Assembly (NCBI GenBank): GCA_000934665.2
Contig: KZ537970.1
Location: forward strand, 1-64,000
DNA: 64,000 nt
Direction: 5' to 3'
DNA from: Catajapyx aquilonaris
Taxonomy: Eukaryota
In this document: positions 1 to 10,928 of the stretch, in pieces
How the letters are laid out: the number at the start of each line of letters is the position of its first letter
How positions within the stretch are numbered: the first letter of the stretch is position 1
The notes under the pieces: generated by a model
Told to the model about the DNA's origin: nothing
Seen by the model: the letters and a program-made list of their open reading frames with translations, nothing else
Databases searched by the model: none
Translations under genes and position numbers: made by a program

Positions 1-34
1 GGTAAATGACAGGTGTTTAGTGAAATCATGATTT

Positions 35-1250
35 TTAAACAATGAGGTGAACTTGGAAACCAACTTGCAAGGGGCTGTCCATAAATTCTGCGGTGCTCTT
101 TTTAAAACTATTTTGCAATATTTTTTCACCCTTCTCTACTGCATAATCAGTATATGCATTGACTTCTGGTGTGAGTGCACAACATGACATATGACTTGTG
201 CATTTATGGCCTCTGCCCATTATCACCTCCTTCATACTTCCTGATTGTTGGCTATGGAAATGTGTGCATGGGAGTTGACTACTTCAGTCTTTGTGATATG
301 GATATGAAGGTTGACCGAAGATCATCCTTCATGTTCCGAAATGTGAGTGGCACTGTTTTACCTTAGTGCAAGGCATAAGAGCATCGCATAATTGGTGAAT
401 AGGCCCATCTTGCTAAATTACCATACTGAAATTGATAGAATAATGTAGTACAAAATTTGTCACCTTATCATGAGCCATAAAAGTGAGAAAACCACAGAAA
501 TCCATTCCTAATGGTGCTGGTCACAATGCACATGAAGTACCTATGAATTAATGATTAATGAGTTTTTGTGGGTGTGTATTCACCATCACTCTATTGTATT
601 TTAGCCTATCCTTCGCTTCCGGTATCCTGCAGCCTTTCCCCGAAATCAGCAAATGGGCTGGCCTACATGTGCAGTCCTCGGCTCTGTTTTTTTTTTGGAC
701 CAGTTCAAAAAATTTTGACCATGTGTTGACATGGTGACATCAGCTCTTCTGTCCGGCTCTACCACCATTTGAGGCTGGGAAAACTGGAGAGAAGAGCTGA
801 TGGCATTGATCCCACTCTGGAGAAAAGAAGAGCATGAAAAAGACTGCCTTGTAGGATCTCTGGCCCATACTGCAGTATTTAATATAAGTGAAAGTCTGGT
901 CTTTGATAATATTTTGCCAACTTGGGCCACTGAAGGTACATTGACTACTGATGAGTTAAACATGCTATTCATTGTTGGCAAAAGTAAAGCATGTTGTCAG
1001 CACTTGAGTATTGAGAATAAAGCCCTGGTCGTCAGTCCACCTTAAGGTCTTGTTGAAAAGCCTCCATAGAACATTTTTCAACTTGAAAAGAGCTAGAAAT
1101 TCTTGTAGTCTTGGTGATGGTAGTGTTGACAACAATGGATGGCGGCACTTTTCCTGCTGGAAAAATGTTTGCTGGAGGAAATGGAATTGGGCTGCATGTG
1201 GTGCAAATGAAAGGGATGAGAATATATGTTTCATTTTAACACATCGCTGA
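35..1250 (-). mobile_element. Highly decayed non-LTR retrotransposon (CR1/L2-like LINE ORF2) remnant
   Basis: Broken minus-strand frames give fragments resembling LINE ORF2 motifs: SMEAFQQDLKVD* (cf. F..DL...DW), NTAVWARD (cf. ...RD) and SPLQVGFQVH (cf. Q.GFR..HS before the RT core). Many stops and frameshifts. Recognition is from memory only. Confidence 0.35.
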
Positions 1251-1439
1251 CATATTAATGAGGTTATGCACAGGGTGTAAAGTATTCAAATGATGCTGTT
1301 ATTTTGTGTACTTCTCTGGTCAAAAGCTGCCAAGTCATGCTTAAAGATTGTTTGGTGTTTTGTATTCATGCCTTATATTACTGTGATAACAATCATCTCT
1401 TATGGAGGATGATTAAAGAGGTGTACACACTTTGATATG

Positions 1440-1970
1440 CACCGTGTTAATGAAATAAGTGTGCTTTTTTGAGGAATGATAGAGGGGACAGAGTCAAATA
1501 TTTTTCACCTGGGAACCTGTGTCCTGAAACGCCATCTAGAGGGGGTTAGGAGATGAGGAACGGGTGCTGTCAGATGCGTCATACAGGGGGTACTAGGCCA
1601 GTGGACAGTTTAGTTGCTAGATGGCGTGTGGATGGTAAACAATGGTGAGGTTCGCAATAACCTGGCAACGACAGAGCCACCTAGCAATTGAAGCTCTCTT
1701 GCTAGGTAGTGCGCGGATAGTAAACAACGGCTCTGTTGTTGCCAGATTATTGCGAATCGCACCGTTGTTTACTATACGCTTGCCACCTATAGCAACTAAA
1801 CAGCCAGCTCGCCTAGCGCCCCCCGCATGACAAGTCTGAGCGCACCTGTTCCATGTCTGTTAACCCTCTCTAGATGGCGTTTCAGGACACGTGTTCCCAG
1901 GTGAAAAATATTTGTCTCAGTCCCCTCTGTCATTCCTCGAGAACTGCGCACTTATTTCAATAACAGGGTG
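1440..1970. mobile_element. Palindromic MITE, Tc1/mariner-like ends
   Basis: 1440-1678 is the imperfect reverse complement of 1729-1970 (CACCGTGTTAATGAAATAAGTG ... CACTTATTTCAATAACAGGGTG). TA follows the right end; TG (probably a mutated TA) precedes the left end. Confidence 0.8.
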
Positions 1971-3289
1971 TATGTATATGTACGGTAAATGATTACCATG
2001 GTGACTTTCTTACCAGTCAGTGTAAAAATTTCGCATTTTTAAAAAGTTCAATGTATGGATTTATGTTGTTAATGTGAATATGGTAAAATACACAATATAA
2101 CCATGATGTTGTTCTTGTAAGAGAAGGTATTTTCTTCACCATCACAATTCCACTGTAAATATGAGTATATCCAGACAAAACAAGCAATTACATACTGTGG
2201 TACAACAAAAACTATCAGAATATATTGATATAGCCTAAAGCTATTAGAGTAACATGAAGTTCCATGAAGTTTTTGGACATGTTTTACGGTGGCACGACAT
2301 TAATGGGCCCCTCAGAAGCTTTGCTGGCCTACTTTGCATTTGTTGGTAATAGAGTAGTCTACTTCTTACTTTATTCCAGGGTAAATTAACACTGTAGCCA
2401 GGAGTTGTCTGTATCGCCAGGAAGCCAAGACCTAGAAGGATGTGGCCTATTTGGTTTAGAGGTGAGCATTCGAGGTTTTTGCACGTGCAAATATCGCGTT
2501 TCTGAATTCGCCATTTTCATTTTTGCTACGAAACATGCGTGAGTTTTACCCCCGTAGGAATAAAGTTTTGAACCACTTTATACAATGTTTGTATCCTATG
2601 CGTTGTGAAGGCGAACCGATTTATTTGCGATATTTGTGGAACAAACCAAGATCATCTGTACTGTACACCCCCTCAGCAAGGAGCAGCCTTGTAAGTTGTA
2701 ACCCTTGGGCTTTACGAGCTCCCCGTGTATAGATGATTGAATCGGAATGTTGAAAGAGGTGTGTTGCGTTTCTATACAACCTTTGCCCCCCCCCNCCCCC
2801 CCCCCCCCGAACACACCAACCCCCAATTTTCAAAAAAGAGACAAAAATAACAAGTGTGGAGGTTTGTTACGATTGCCTGTAACTTATTGTTGCGTGACAA
2901 TGCGTAGTGGGGAAGAGAGTTTTAAAAAAATCAAACAAATTACAGTAAAACTTCTATAAGTCGAACTTCCCTAAGTCGAAGTTCTTTATAAGTCGAAGAA
3001 AATGATGAGGTTGGTTGGTCACAATGTAAAATAATAGGACATAAACTTCCCTAACTCGAAGTTCTCCATAACTCGAAGTGCAGGCAGGGCCTTACGATGG
3101 GATATCAATGCATTTTCAGTCTCCCTAAGTCGAAGTTCACGTTGCAAGTCCGGAAAATTTTCTAATTTCCCAGACGAAGGGTCGAGAGGAGGCCACATGT
3201 ACAGAAAGGCTCAATTTCCTGATCTCCGTCTACCAGACGTACTGAAAGAAGTGTTTGACTCGATTGTGACAATTGCTGAATCCTTGAAT

Positions 3290-3494
3290 AGTATAGCTGT
3301 ATAGTGTAATATTTAAATTTAATATTGAGTGTTTGTTGTCTGAGATGGGCAGGGGTGGGGGGGCGGGACAGGTTGTTTATAGGTTTATATTTTTACAAGT
3401 TTTAATTTAGTTCATATTTTCGGTTAGCTTGTGGATCCCGTCATCGCTGACTACCCCTTATAGGGAAATGTGATGGTGATGATGATGATGATGA
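3290..3494 (+). mobile_element. 5'-truncated retroposed insertion with (GAT)n tail
   Basis: Flanked by a 13-bp direct repeat TGAATCCTTGAAT (3277-3289 and 3495-3507) and ends in a (GAT)n run, as expected of target-primed reverse transcription. Confidence 0.7.
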
Positions 3495-3578
3495 TGAATC
3501 CTTGAATCTAATAGTAGGAAAATGTCCATAACAGAGATTTCTTTCACAACAAAACAACGAGGGACATTGTACGAGTAA

Positions 3579-3704
3579 TGGCCAGTTTCACCAAGCCGGT
3601 TTTCATAAAAACCCCGGTTCTTTCGGAAAATCCCTGCAAATAGAATAGGGATTTTCCCAAAGAACCGGGGTTTTTATGAAAACCGGGCTTGGTGAAACCG
3701 GACA
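3579..3704. mobile_element. PIF/Harbinger (Tourist-like) hairpin MITE
   Basis: Near-perfect 126-bp palindrome (TGGCCAGTTTCACCAAGCCGGTTTTCATAAAAACCCCGGTTCTTT ... AAAGAACCGGGGTTTTTATGAAAACCGGGCTTGGTGAAACCGGACA) flanked by a TAA duplication (3576-3578, 3705-3707). Confidence 0.8.
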
Positions 3705-3830
3705 TAAGTGTGATAGTGACAGTTATTTTTAAGTTTTGAACACCTTTCGTCGCTGGATACAAAGGTAGGCTTCTTTATAGAGTTATGTGCTTTACAATAA
3801 GTACATGCTGGAGAGAGCGCCAGTATCGAA

Positions 3831-3900
3831 GTAGCGTAGTGGTCTAGTGGTTAAGACGCTCTCCTCGTAACCTGAAGGTTGAAGGATCGAATCCTGAAAG
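3831..3900 (+). mobile_element. tRNA-derived SINE head / tRNA pseudogene
   Basis: A-box-like TGGTCTAGTGG and B-box-like GGATCGAATCC at tRNA spacing; acceptor and anticodon stems do not pair. Confidence 0.55.
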
Positions 3901-4034
3901 GAAGACGTCGTTTCTTTTTATCGCTACGGACCTTTTTCGCTGTTGCTTCATCTGACATTTCACATTTATTTCTCTTTGAAGTGCATCCGGTAAATAGGCT
4001 AGACCCTTCCAACACTCGCACTCTCGTTGCACCA

Positions 4035-4101
4035 GAGCGTGGCTCTGTGGTAACGCATCAGACTCTCAATGGGGAGATGTGGGTTCAAATCCCTTGTCTC
4101 C
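4035..4101 (+). mobile_element. tRNA-derived SINE head / tRNA pseudogene
   Basis: A-box-like TGGCTCTGTGG and B-box GGTTCAAATCC; cloverleaf incomplete. Confidence 0.55.
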
Positions 4102-4242
4102 TTGGTTGAGAGTCAGAAAAAAAATTTTGCAGCCGACATCTCTGGCCAAGATGGCGACTGTTCCTTCGCAGTTTCCCCAACACTTCTTCAGAGGTGTCGG
4201 AGGAGCAGCGAAGAGGGGGGGGGGGGAGGGGTGGAGAGGGGG

Positions 4243-5525
4243 AGGACAAGGGGGGAGGGGAGAAAACTTTTTTGAAATTTTTAAAACACCTGCTTAATGG
4301 GAGGGGGCGGTCACTTTTTTCGAAGAAAAAAGTCAAAGATATAAAAAGACAATTAAATGATCAAGTGGCTTCGCTTGTGTTGTCCATCCCGGCAGCCCCC
4401 ACCCTACGCACCCCATAGTCCCTACATTTGTCTTATACCAGGGAGTTCCATTCTCAAACCTATCACCCCTCCAAATCTTTAACTCTACAATTTAAGCTAT
4501 AGGTCCTATAAAATCAACAGCACATGCAAATTAATCGGCACACTTTTTAGGACATTTCCAATGGTTTGTTGCAAGCTGACCTTTGACCTGAAAGGCCCTA
4601 ATATTAGGTTTTTGGTCTGGGGCGAGGCCCTACCTCGGTCTCCATCTGTCGGGTCTTTCGTAACGAGACTGTACAGAGCACAGTACAGATTGATATACAG
4701 TATATCTCTCGATGTGAACAAGTATATGACCCTAGCCAAATGTAGCAGTCCCAGTTGGCTGGTATCAGTATGAATGTGACGTAGACGAGTGGTCATCGGC
4801 ACCTCCTTGGGGTCATCAGGACGGACATTCGGCGTCACTGTTTCGTAGCATTGCTCTATGGATTAATGAAAAAATAAATCCCCACCCGCTTCTGCTGTGG
4901 GTGGAGATGCGCAGATCGTTCGACGCGGTTTTAGATGGGCAAATTTTCGTGTAGGCTTGGTCACCTTTCTGTCTCTTTGACCTTACATATTCCCCCCTTA
5001 CCACCCCCGCCCCGCTAGTAGGCTAGTATAGGTTAGGGGCACACTTGTTCACATCGAGAGATATACTGTATATCAATCTGTACTGTGCTCTGTACAGTCT
5101 CGTTACGAAAGACCCGACAGATGGAGACCGAGGTAGGGCCTCGCCCCAGACCAAACACCTAATATTATAGGGCCTTTCAGGTCAAAGGTCAGCTTGCAAC
5201 AAACCATTGGAAATGTCCTAAAAAGTGTGCCGATTAATTTGCATGTGCTGTTGATTTTATAGGACCTATAGTTTAAATTGTAGAGTTAAATATTCGGAGG
5301 GGTGATAGGTTTGAGAATGGAACTCCCTGGTATAAGACAAATGTAGGGACTATGGGGTGCGTAGGGTGGGGGCTGCCGGGACGGACAACACCAGCGAAGC
5401 CACTTGATCATTTAATTGACTCTTTATTTCTTTGACTTTTTTCTTCGAAAAAAGTGACCGCCCCCTCCCATTAAGCAGGTGTTTTAAAAATTTCAAAAAA
5501 GTTTTCTCCCCTCCCCCCTTGTCCT
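4243..5525. repeat. Long inverted repeat / foldback element (~480-bp arms, ~320-bp spacer)
   Basis: 4243-4723 is the reverse complement of 5043-5525, with roughly a dozen differences by eye. No TSD identified. Confidence 0.92.
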
Positions 5526-5713
5526 TTCCGATGAGTCAGTCAAAATAAAACTTCAAGAGCCGCTGTGCATGAGACATACTATGTATGATTGCTGATATGA
5601 ATAAGCGTAATACTGATAAAGACCCATCTGTTCCTTGTCCTTATCACTAACATTGAAAGTTTGCGAGTGACAGTCAAACTTTTAGCATTGTCGACCTAGT
5701 TCGCGGAATAGCA

Positions 5714-6138
5714 ATGGAGGCCGACCAAATACAAGCGGAGGGCAACGCAATAGGTCCTCGTGATAATATGAGGCCCGGGATTTTCGGAAGAGTAAGCCAG
5801 TGACATTTTGTTTCACTCAATAATATTATACCAGTAGTATACATTGTGCCAATCAGACGCGAATTTCTCCAGGTGTACTTGTTCAAACTTTGATCATATT
5901 TGCAGATTCGGGCGGTGGCAACATTTAGTCGCCTGGAGAAAGCCTTCTTCTGGTATACGGCAATCGGTGTCTTGATTGCCATGGGATACACAATATATAG
6001 GATGGCCACACTGAAAAATGATTCTGATGACATCGTGCTTGCTGCTTTGGCTCTCATCAATTTAGGTTTGCACAGACAGGAGATCTCCTGTCCATTATGT
6101 GTTACATTACAGCATTGTGCCATGAAATGACATTCAAC

Positions 6139-6210
<72 letters not shown>

Positions 6211-8234
6211 AAATAAATAAATAAATAAATAGGCCTAAATAAATAAATACATAACTTATTAGGGTCGACTCCAGACCTCCGCGGTGGAAATACTGTGAAG
6301 ATAAGCACTACACCACCCACGCCTGGATTAGATTAGTTACTATATGAAAACTGCCTTGTGATTATATAATGCAAGGAAAAGTGAGGCTTTATTAAATGTA
6401 AGATTGGTGGGTGTCAACTTATGTTAGTAAGAGTTATATCGCTCAGACAGCATCTGCAAAAGAAAAAAAAATGTCGCAAATGTCAAATTTTACAAGTCTC
6501 ATAAGCAACAAACGCGAAAAACCAAGTGTAGCTTAACAGATAATGAGAGTTATGGTTAATATTACCTGCACTCTCTATGAATATGTAATATGCATAATAA
6601 TTGTGATGCGACGATCATTCCGGATGCTCTACGTATGTTAGATGTAATGTGCAATATTAATAATTAAATTATAATGAATAATATTAATCCTACAATCCTA
6701 CAAAATGTGATAAGCAGATTGCAAGGGGGTAATCACTCGACTGAAAAGTGTACACTGGAGTACCAAATTCAAGGAGTACCACGGAGTAATAAAGAGTGAG
6801 GTGCCTGAGGAGTACCAGGGAGTACCACTCCCAGGTGTACACCGGAGTACCGAAGTGATTACCCCCTTGGCAGATTGTTCCGAATTTACTTAGACTATAA
6901 TGCAACCAGCCCTCAGTGGCATAGTTACTTAGTTAAGTTATTACGTTGAAACACTATGTGCACAATTTTACCTTACTTCGTCTCTTGCAGTAGTATTTCA
7001 CAAGGGTATGATGTTTAATACAATATTGCAGGTTTCTGCTGCTACTACTTAGCACATGGGATGCGTCAAGGTCAACCGTACGAAATAATCGTACTTCTCC
7101 TGACATTCCTCGCATTAACACTTTACTGTGGACTGGATTTCCTTGACCCGGACAGACGTGACACTCACAAACTCGTACGCACGCAACACTTTAGCAGAAA
7201 TTGAACCTGTGAGACATAAAGGAACTTTTCAGATAAGGCTAATCATCTCCTTAGTGGGGACGTTCATAGTCAGTGCTCTTGGCATTCCGGTGCTCCTACA
7301 GTACTTGACGGGTGATCCTGGGTACCTGATATTTCGCATTGTTGGCGCTAACGGACCGGATCAAGTCATGTGCCGAAATCTCTTCATATTCTGCACATTG
7401 ATTATTTTTGGACTTCAGGCTATGGTTGGAAAACAGTTTATTTGCCATTCAATCACATCCCAAAAATTATTTTAAATTCATGCAATGTATCGTATTGTTA
7501 CCACAGGCTAGTTGCTTGATCCTGGTCAATGAGGGAGGTTTTCAGGTCCTAACCGCAACAGAAATATGCATCATGGCTGCCGGAGGGTACTATTCCTTAG
7601 CATGGGCTATCCTAGGACATATCAGTGTATGTATCGTTTCTGAACTGCTTCATGAAAAAAATCATATAACTTATACAGTATTACGTGTATTTACAATGAG
7701 TACTTATGCCATTTCCAGGTTCGCCTAGAAAGCACACCTCTATCTTGTCTCTTCGTGGTTATGACAGTCACCCTTCCTCCTGCCTATGCCATCTGGAGGT
7801 TTACAAAGGTATAGTGTAAAGGACTGTATTATAAGCCAATTTTCTCTCCATTAACTGACAGGTACCTGTCCACTCTGCAGGAACTGTTAAGTCGTGACAA
7901 TCTCCTTCTTTTCGTGTGCATCGTCGCGTCGATAGCAATTTTAGGAATAGTGCATGCCATCTTACTTCGCTTCATGTGGCTGGTTTACCTGAATTTTAAC
8001 CGAGGACTGAAAGAAAAAGGTAGGAGAAATAGGGAAATGGCATTATTTTGTGAGAGTGTGAATCGACATGCTTGTGAGAGAGGTATTGCCACTTTTGATA
8101 TATACTGACAACGATATCTTCATATTACAGTGTATGGGAACAGTGGTACAGTGCAAAGAAATAACTTGGAGAATGGAGATCCAAACCAATTGGCAGTACC
8201 AATTGCAGTACCAGATGTTCAGCCTATTCTTTAA
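5714..8234 (+). CDS. Uncharacterised multi-pass membrane protein (~341 aa, ~8 TM), 8 exons
   Basis: join(5714..5791,5906..6065,7032..7174,7233..7424,7507..7626,7719..7808,7881..8019,8131..8234). All introns are GT-AG, phases agree, total 1026 nt with no internal stop. MEADQIQAEG...AFFWYTAIGVLIAMG...YLIFRIVGANG...VYLNFNRGLKEKVYG...VQPIL*. Confidence 0.85.
6139..6250. repeat. (GTA)n microsatellite followed by (AAAT)n
   Basis: Directly visible; lies in intron 2 of the membrane gene. Confidence 0.95.
6262..6323 (-). mobile_element. Degenerate tRNA-derived SINE head
   Basis: Reverse strand reads GGTGGTGTAGTGCTTATC...GGAGGTCTGGAGTCGACCC (A-box-like and decayed B-box-like), followed by simple repeats. 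Confidence 0.4.
6722..6869. mobile_element. 148-bp MITE with 8-bp TSD (hAT or P superfamily)
   Basis: Perfect 16-bp TIR CAAGGGGGTAATCACT / AGTGATTACCCCCTTG; TSD GCAGATTG at 6714-6721 and 6870-6877; internal GGAGTAC repeats. Confidence 0.88.
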
Positions 8235-8354
8235 TGTGATATCCAGCGCACTCACCCTTGGGCAAGCTGGTTTGCACGATTTTGAAGCGGATTTAATAGG
8301 AAAGCAGCAAATTACTTTTGCACACAAAATTGTATTAATTCAATTATTGTAATT

Positions 8355-8608
8355 GAGGCTTTGACATGGAAAAGGGCATAAGTCGCAAAGAAAAATATGC
8401 CTCAAGAAGAAAAAAAGTAACCTACATTTAAATGCTAAACTCATAAACTGCTTTGATTGGACTTTTCACGACTTTTTGTAACAAAATCCAACAATAAGAA
8501 AGCTTTTGTGTAATAAAATCTGATTCACGGTGTTCTCAAAACTGCTTTTTTCCCTAGCCCCTGTAATTTTTTTGGGATGACTTATGCCCTTTCCCTTGTC
8601 AACGCCTC
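8355..8608. mobile_element. MITE with GAG..CTC termini and AATT duplication (Sola-like)
   Basis: Imperfect ~30-bp TIR GAGGCTTTGACATGGAAAAGGGCATAAGTC / GACTTATGCCCTTTCCCTTGTCAACGCCTC; AATT at 8351-8354 and 8609-8612. Confidence 0.7.
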
Positions 8609-9133
8609 AATTATTGTTCTCATATTACTCAGTCTAGTCTAGTGTCTGAGGCACTTATTATTTTACACGCCTATACGTGCATGATTTTATATGCTAATGT
8701 GAACATACATGTTATCTCATTTTTGTTTCAATTTTGAAATGTATAAGTCATGTAACATAATATTATATCCAGTATTACAATTAAATAATTATTAATGACT
8801 AATGCACACTTGAATGCAAGCATCACATTTCAACCCCTCATTTCTCAACAATGAGACTGTGATCGTGTTGCATGTAAGGCCTTCTCTCACGGCTATTCCA
8901 TCAAGTATAGCAAGTTGGTGATATTCTCAAAGGAAGATGCCATCTGTAAGTAAAATTTAAAATAAAACTGTGTAATAAGAACTTACAATAATTAAAGCTC
9001 ATTGCACGGCATCACTCCGGATCCCACGTTTCTGATGCATCGTCCAGAAAGCAACACAAACATTGGCAAATCTCTGCAGATGGAAGGAGAATGTTTTCGT
9101 TAAACACAAATTGTGTCGATAATTATTGTAGTG

Positions 9134-9169
9134 AATAAAAGCACAGAGAAAGCATTTCCATTATTTATT
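9134..9169. terminator. Convergent polyadenylation signals (+ AATAAA 9134-9139; - AATAAA 9169-9164)
   Basis: Hexamers are directly visible between the + membrane gene and the - Drep2 gene; their use is inferred. Confidence 0.45.
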
Positions 9170-10842
9170 GGTTTTACTTCATTGTAATATACCAGATAAT
9201 TAACATGGTTCTTTTGTAAACAACAACATTGGGCAGTGAAGACGTAAGTGAGCTTGTCACGATTCATCAGAGTCCATCTTTAGTGAAAGAGATCCGACCC
9301 TTATTTTTTTTAATAATAATGATTAGCAAAGCGCGCACGCAAACTTGGTGTGGTTAGGGAGAGGGGGCAAAACAAGGGAACAAGTGTGTAAACGTTAACT
9401 ATCATTAACAAAACGACGAAATTAACCTGAGTGCCAGTCATTCAATCGAGAGGATTAACAAAAAGAAATCTGGGGCGAATGGTGTGCTCCAGACGGGATT
9501 AGCAAGATGGACGTTCCGTACTTACGGACTTTTTACTCTTTTTTTTTTTTTGTTAAGTTTGTTTGTTTCTCTCCTTTCCCGTCGCTGAGCAAACCCATGA
9601 AGGGGTTTAGTTCGAGAGGAAAGTTTGCGCTTGATGGGAGGTAATGAAGCGGGTGAAAATCATTATTGTTAACTGCGAGTGCAATAAAGTAAAATGTGGC
9701 AAGGTTTGGATTAGGAGTATGGGAGAGGATTGTTTGTAAGGTTTGTTAGGGTGGGATGAGGGGCATAACGTATAACGTTGGCACATTCTTGTTATAACTT
9801 GAAAACTTTTTGGCCCCGTCCAGTCCCTTCCCGAGGGCTGCGAGGACACTATCCACTGTCGTCAATGTCAACATCGTCTTCGTCAGGTGTCAATCAGTGG
9901 TCGTCAAAACACTGTCGAGGGTCACGTCACCTTAATATTTTTTTTAAACACAACAAATGGCAGCAACGCTCGTGGTTCTCACTCACAATAAAACGGTCTC
10001 TCCGCACCATTAACCGCCCAACTAACGAACGAACGAACCAACCAACCAACGAACCAACCAACGTGCGTATTGGCAGTAGTAACAAACAGCACACGTTTTT
10101 TTTCTTCTTCTAATATTTGCATGGGCAACGGCTACGGGCTGTTTTTTAAACTCTTTTTTATGTAAAGTTTATTTGTATATTTTTTATATTTTTTTCTTTT
10201 TAAATAATTGGGGTGTGTCTAGGCGCGCTCTCTACTGGGCATTTGTGCACTGGTCGTGTGCCCCCTCCACGTTTTCAATACGGTATGTTGTCCGTCTGCT
10301 CCTCATGTGTGAGCTTGTAACGGTGTCAACTTCTACTGGGGGGGAACCAAAACATCTGCACTGTACAAATTCGACTGGTCAAGCACGCAGTGGCCATGTC
10401 GTTTTGACAAACAGTATGGAGAGTTAGGGGGAAAATACTCTTTGCAGCTGGCCCATTTTGTACGCTGTGACCCCTCCCTGATGTGACCTCAACCGACTCG
10501 GAAAACGTTTCAAAAAATGGGGTTAGACAAAGTTTGCGCTTCTTTTAGTAGCAGCAAATGGAAACTTTGAAGCTGGGAAAACTAACGACATTAACTAATA
10601 GTTTACGTTGCGATCTACCGTTATTTTTTAAATATTCTTATTACGGAACAGCAGCTGCTTGAAGGAGTTTCATGCGATCGGACTACGGGCGCATTTTCTC
10701 CGTCATTGTGACTCGTTGTCCGTGTCGGTTGGGTTTCTGACGAAAGGGTTTTCGTTCGGGTTTTTATTTATTTTTTGGACTCGAGCTCTCCACTCTGGAG
10801 CAGACGGATGTCGCCTCACCTGTTTGGAAAGGTGGATACATC

Positions 10843-10928
10843 TGAGAGAAAGAGAGAAAGAGATAGAGCGTGAGAGAGAGAGAGAGAGAGAGAGAGAAGA
10901 GAGAGAGAAGAGAAGAGAAAGAGAGAGG
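10843..10928. repeat. (GA)n-rich microsatellite in the presumed Drep2 3'UTR
   Basis: Directly visible. Confidence 0.9.

Larger units (their letters stand above)
2943..3780 (+). mobile_element. Tigger/pogo-like DNA transposon remnant (left end plus decayed transposase tail) with nested insertions
   Basis: TA|CAGTAAAACTTCTATAAGTCGAAC terminus with about six TAA(G/C)TCGAA subterminal repeats (2957-3134). 3522-3545 resembles a frameshifted K.SITDFF transposase C-terminus. No right TIR found, so the right boundary is approximate. Confidence 0.55.

Noticed and set aside
2786..2808. Poly-C/G tracts containing n (also near 30569 and 39349) as G-quadruplex elements
   Set aside because: The ambiguous bases mark unreliable homopolymer assembly, and G-tracts are common throughout the window.
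3831..4101. Functional tRNA genes (also at 57250-57320)
   Set aside because: Acceptor and anticodon stems do not pair; the context is SINE-like.
6740..6852. CRISPR-like spaced repeats (GGAGTACC; also TAAGTCGAA at 2957-3134)
   Set aside because: The repeats are only 8-9 bp, irregularly spaced and inside transposon ends in eukaryotic DNA.
6991..7005. 15-nt microexon in the membrane gene
   Set aside because: It would leave a 26-nt intron, too short; used as an alternative acceptor it shifts the frame.
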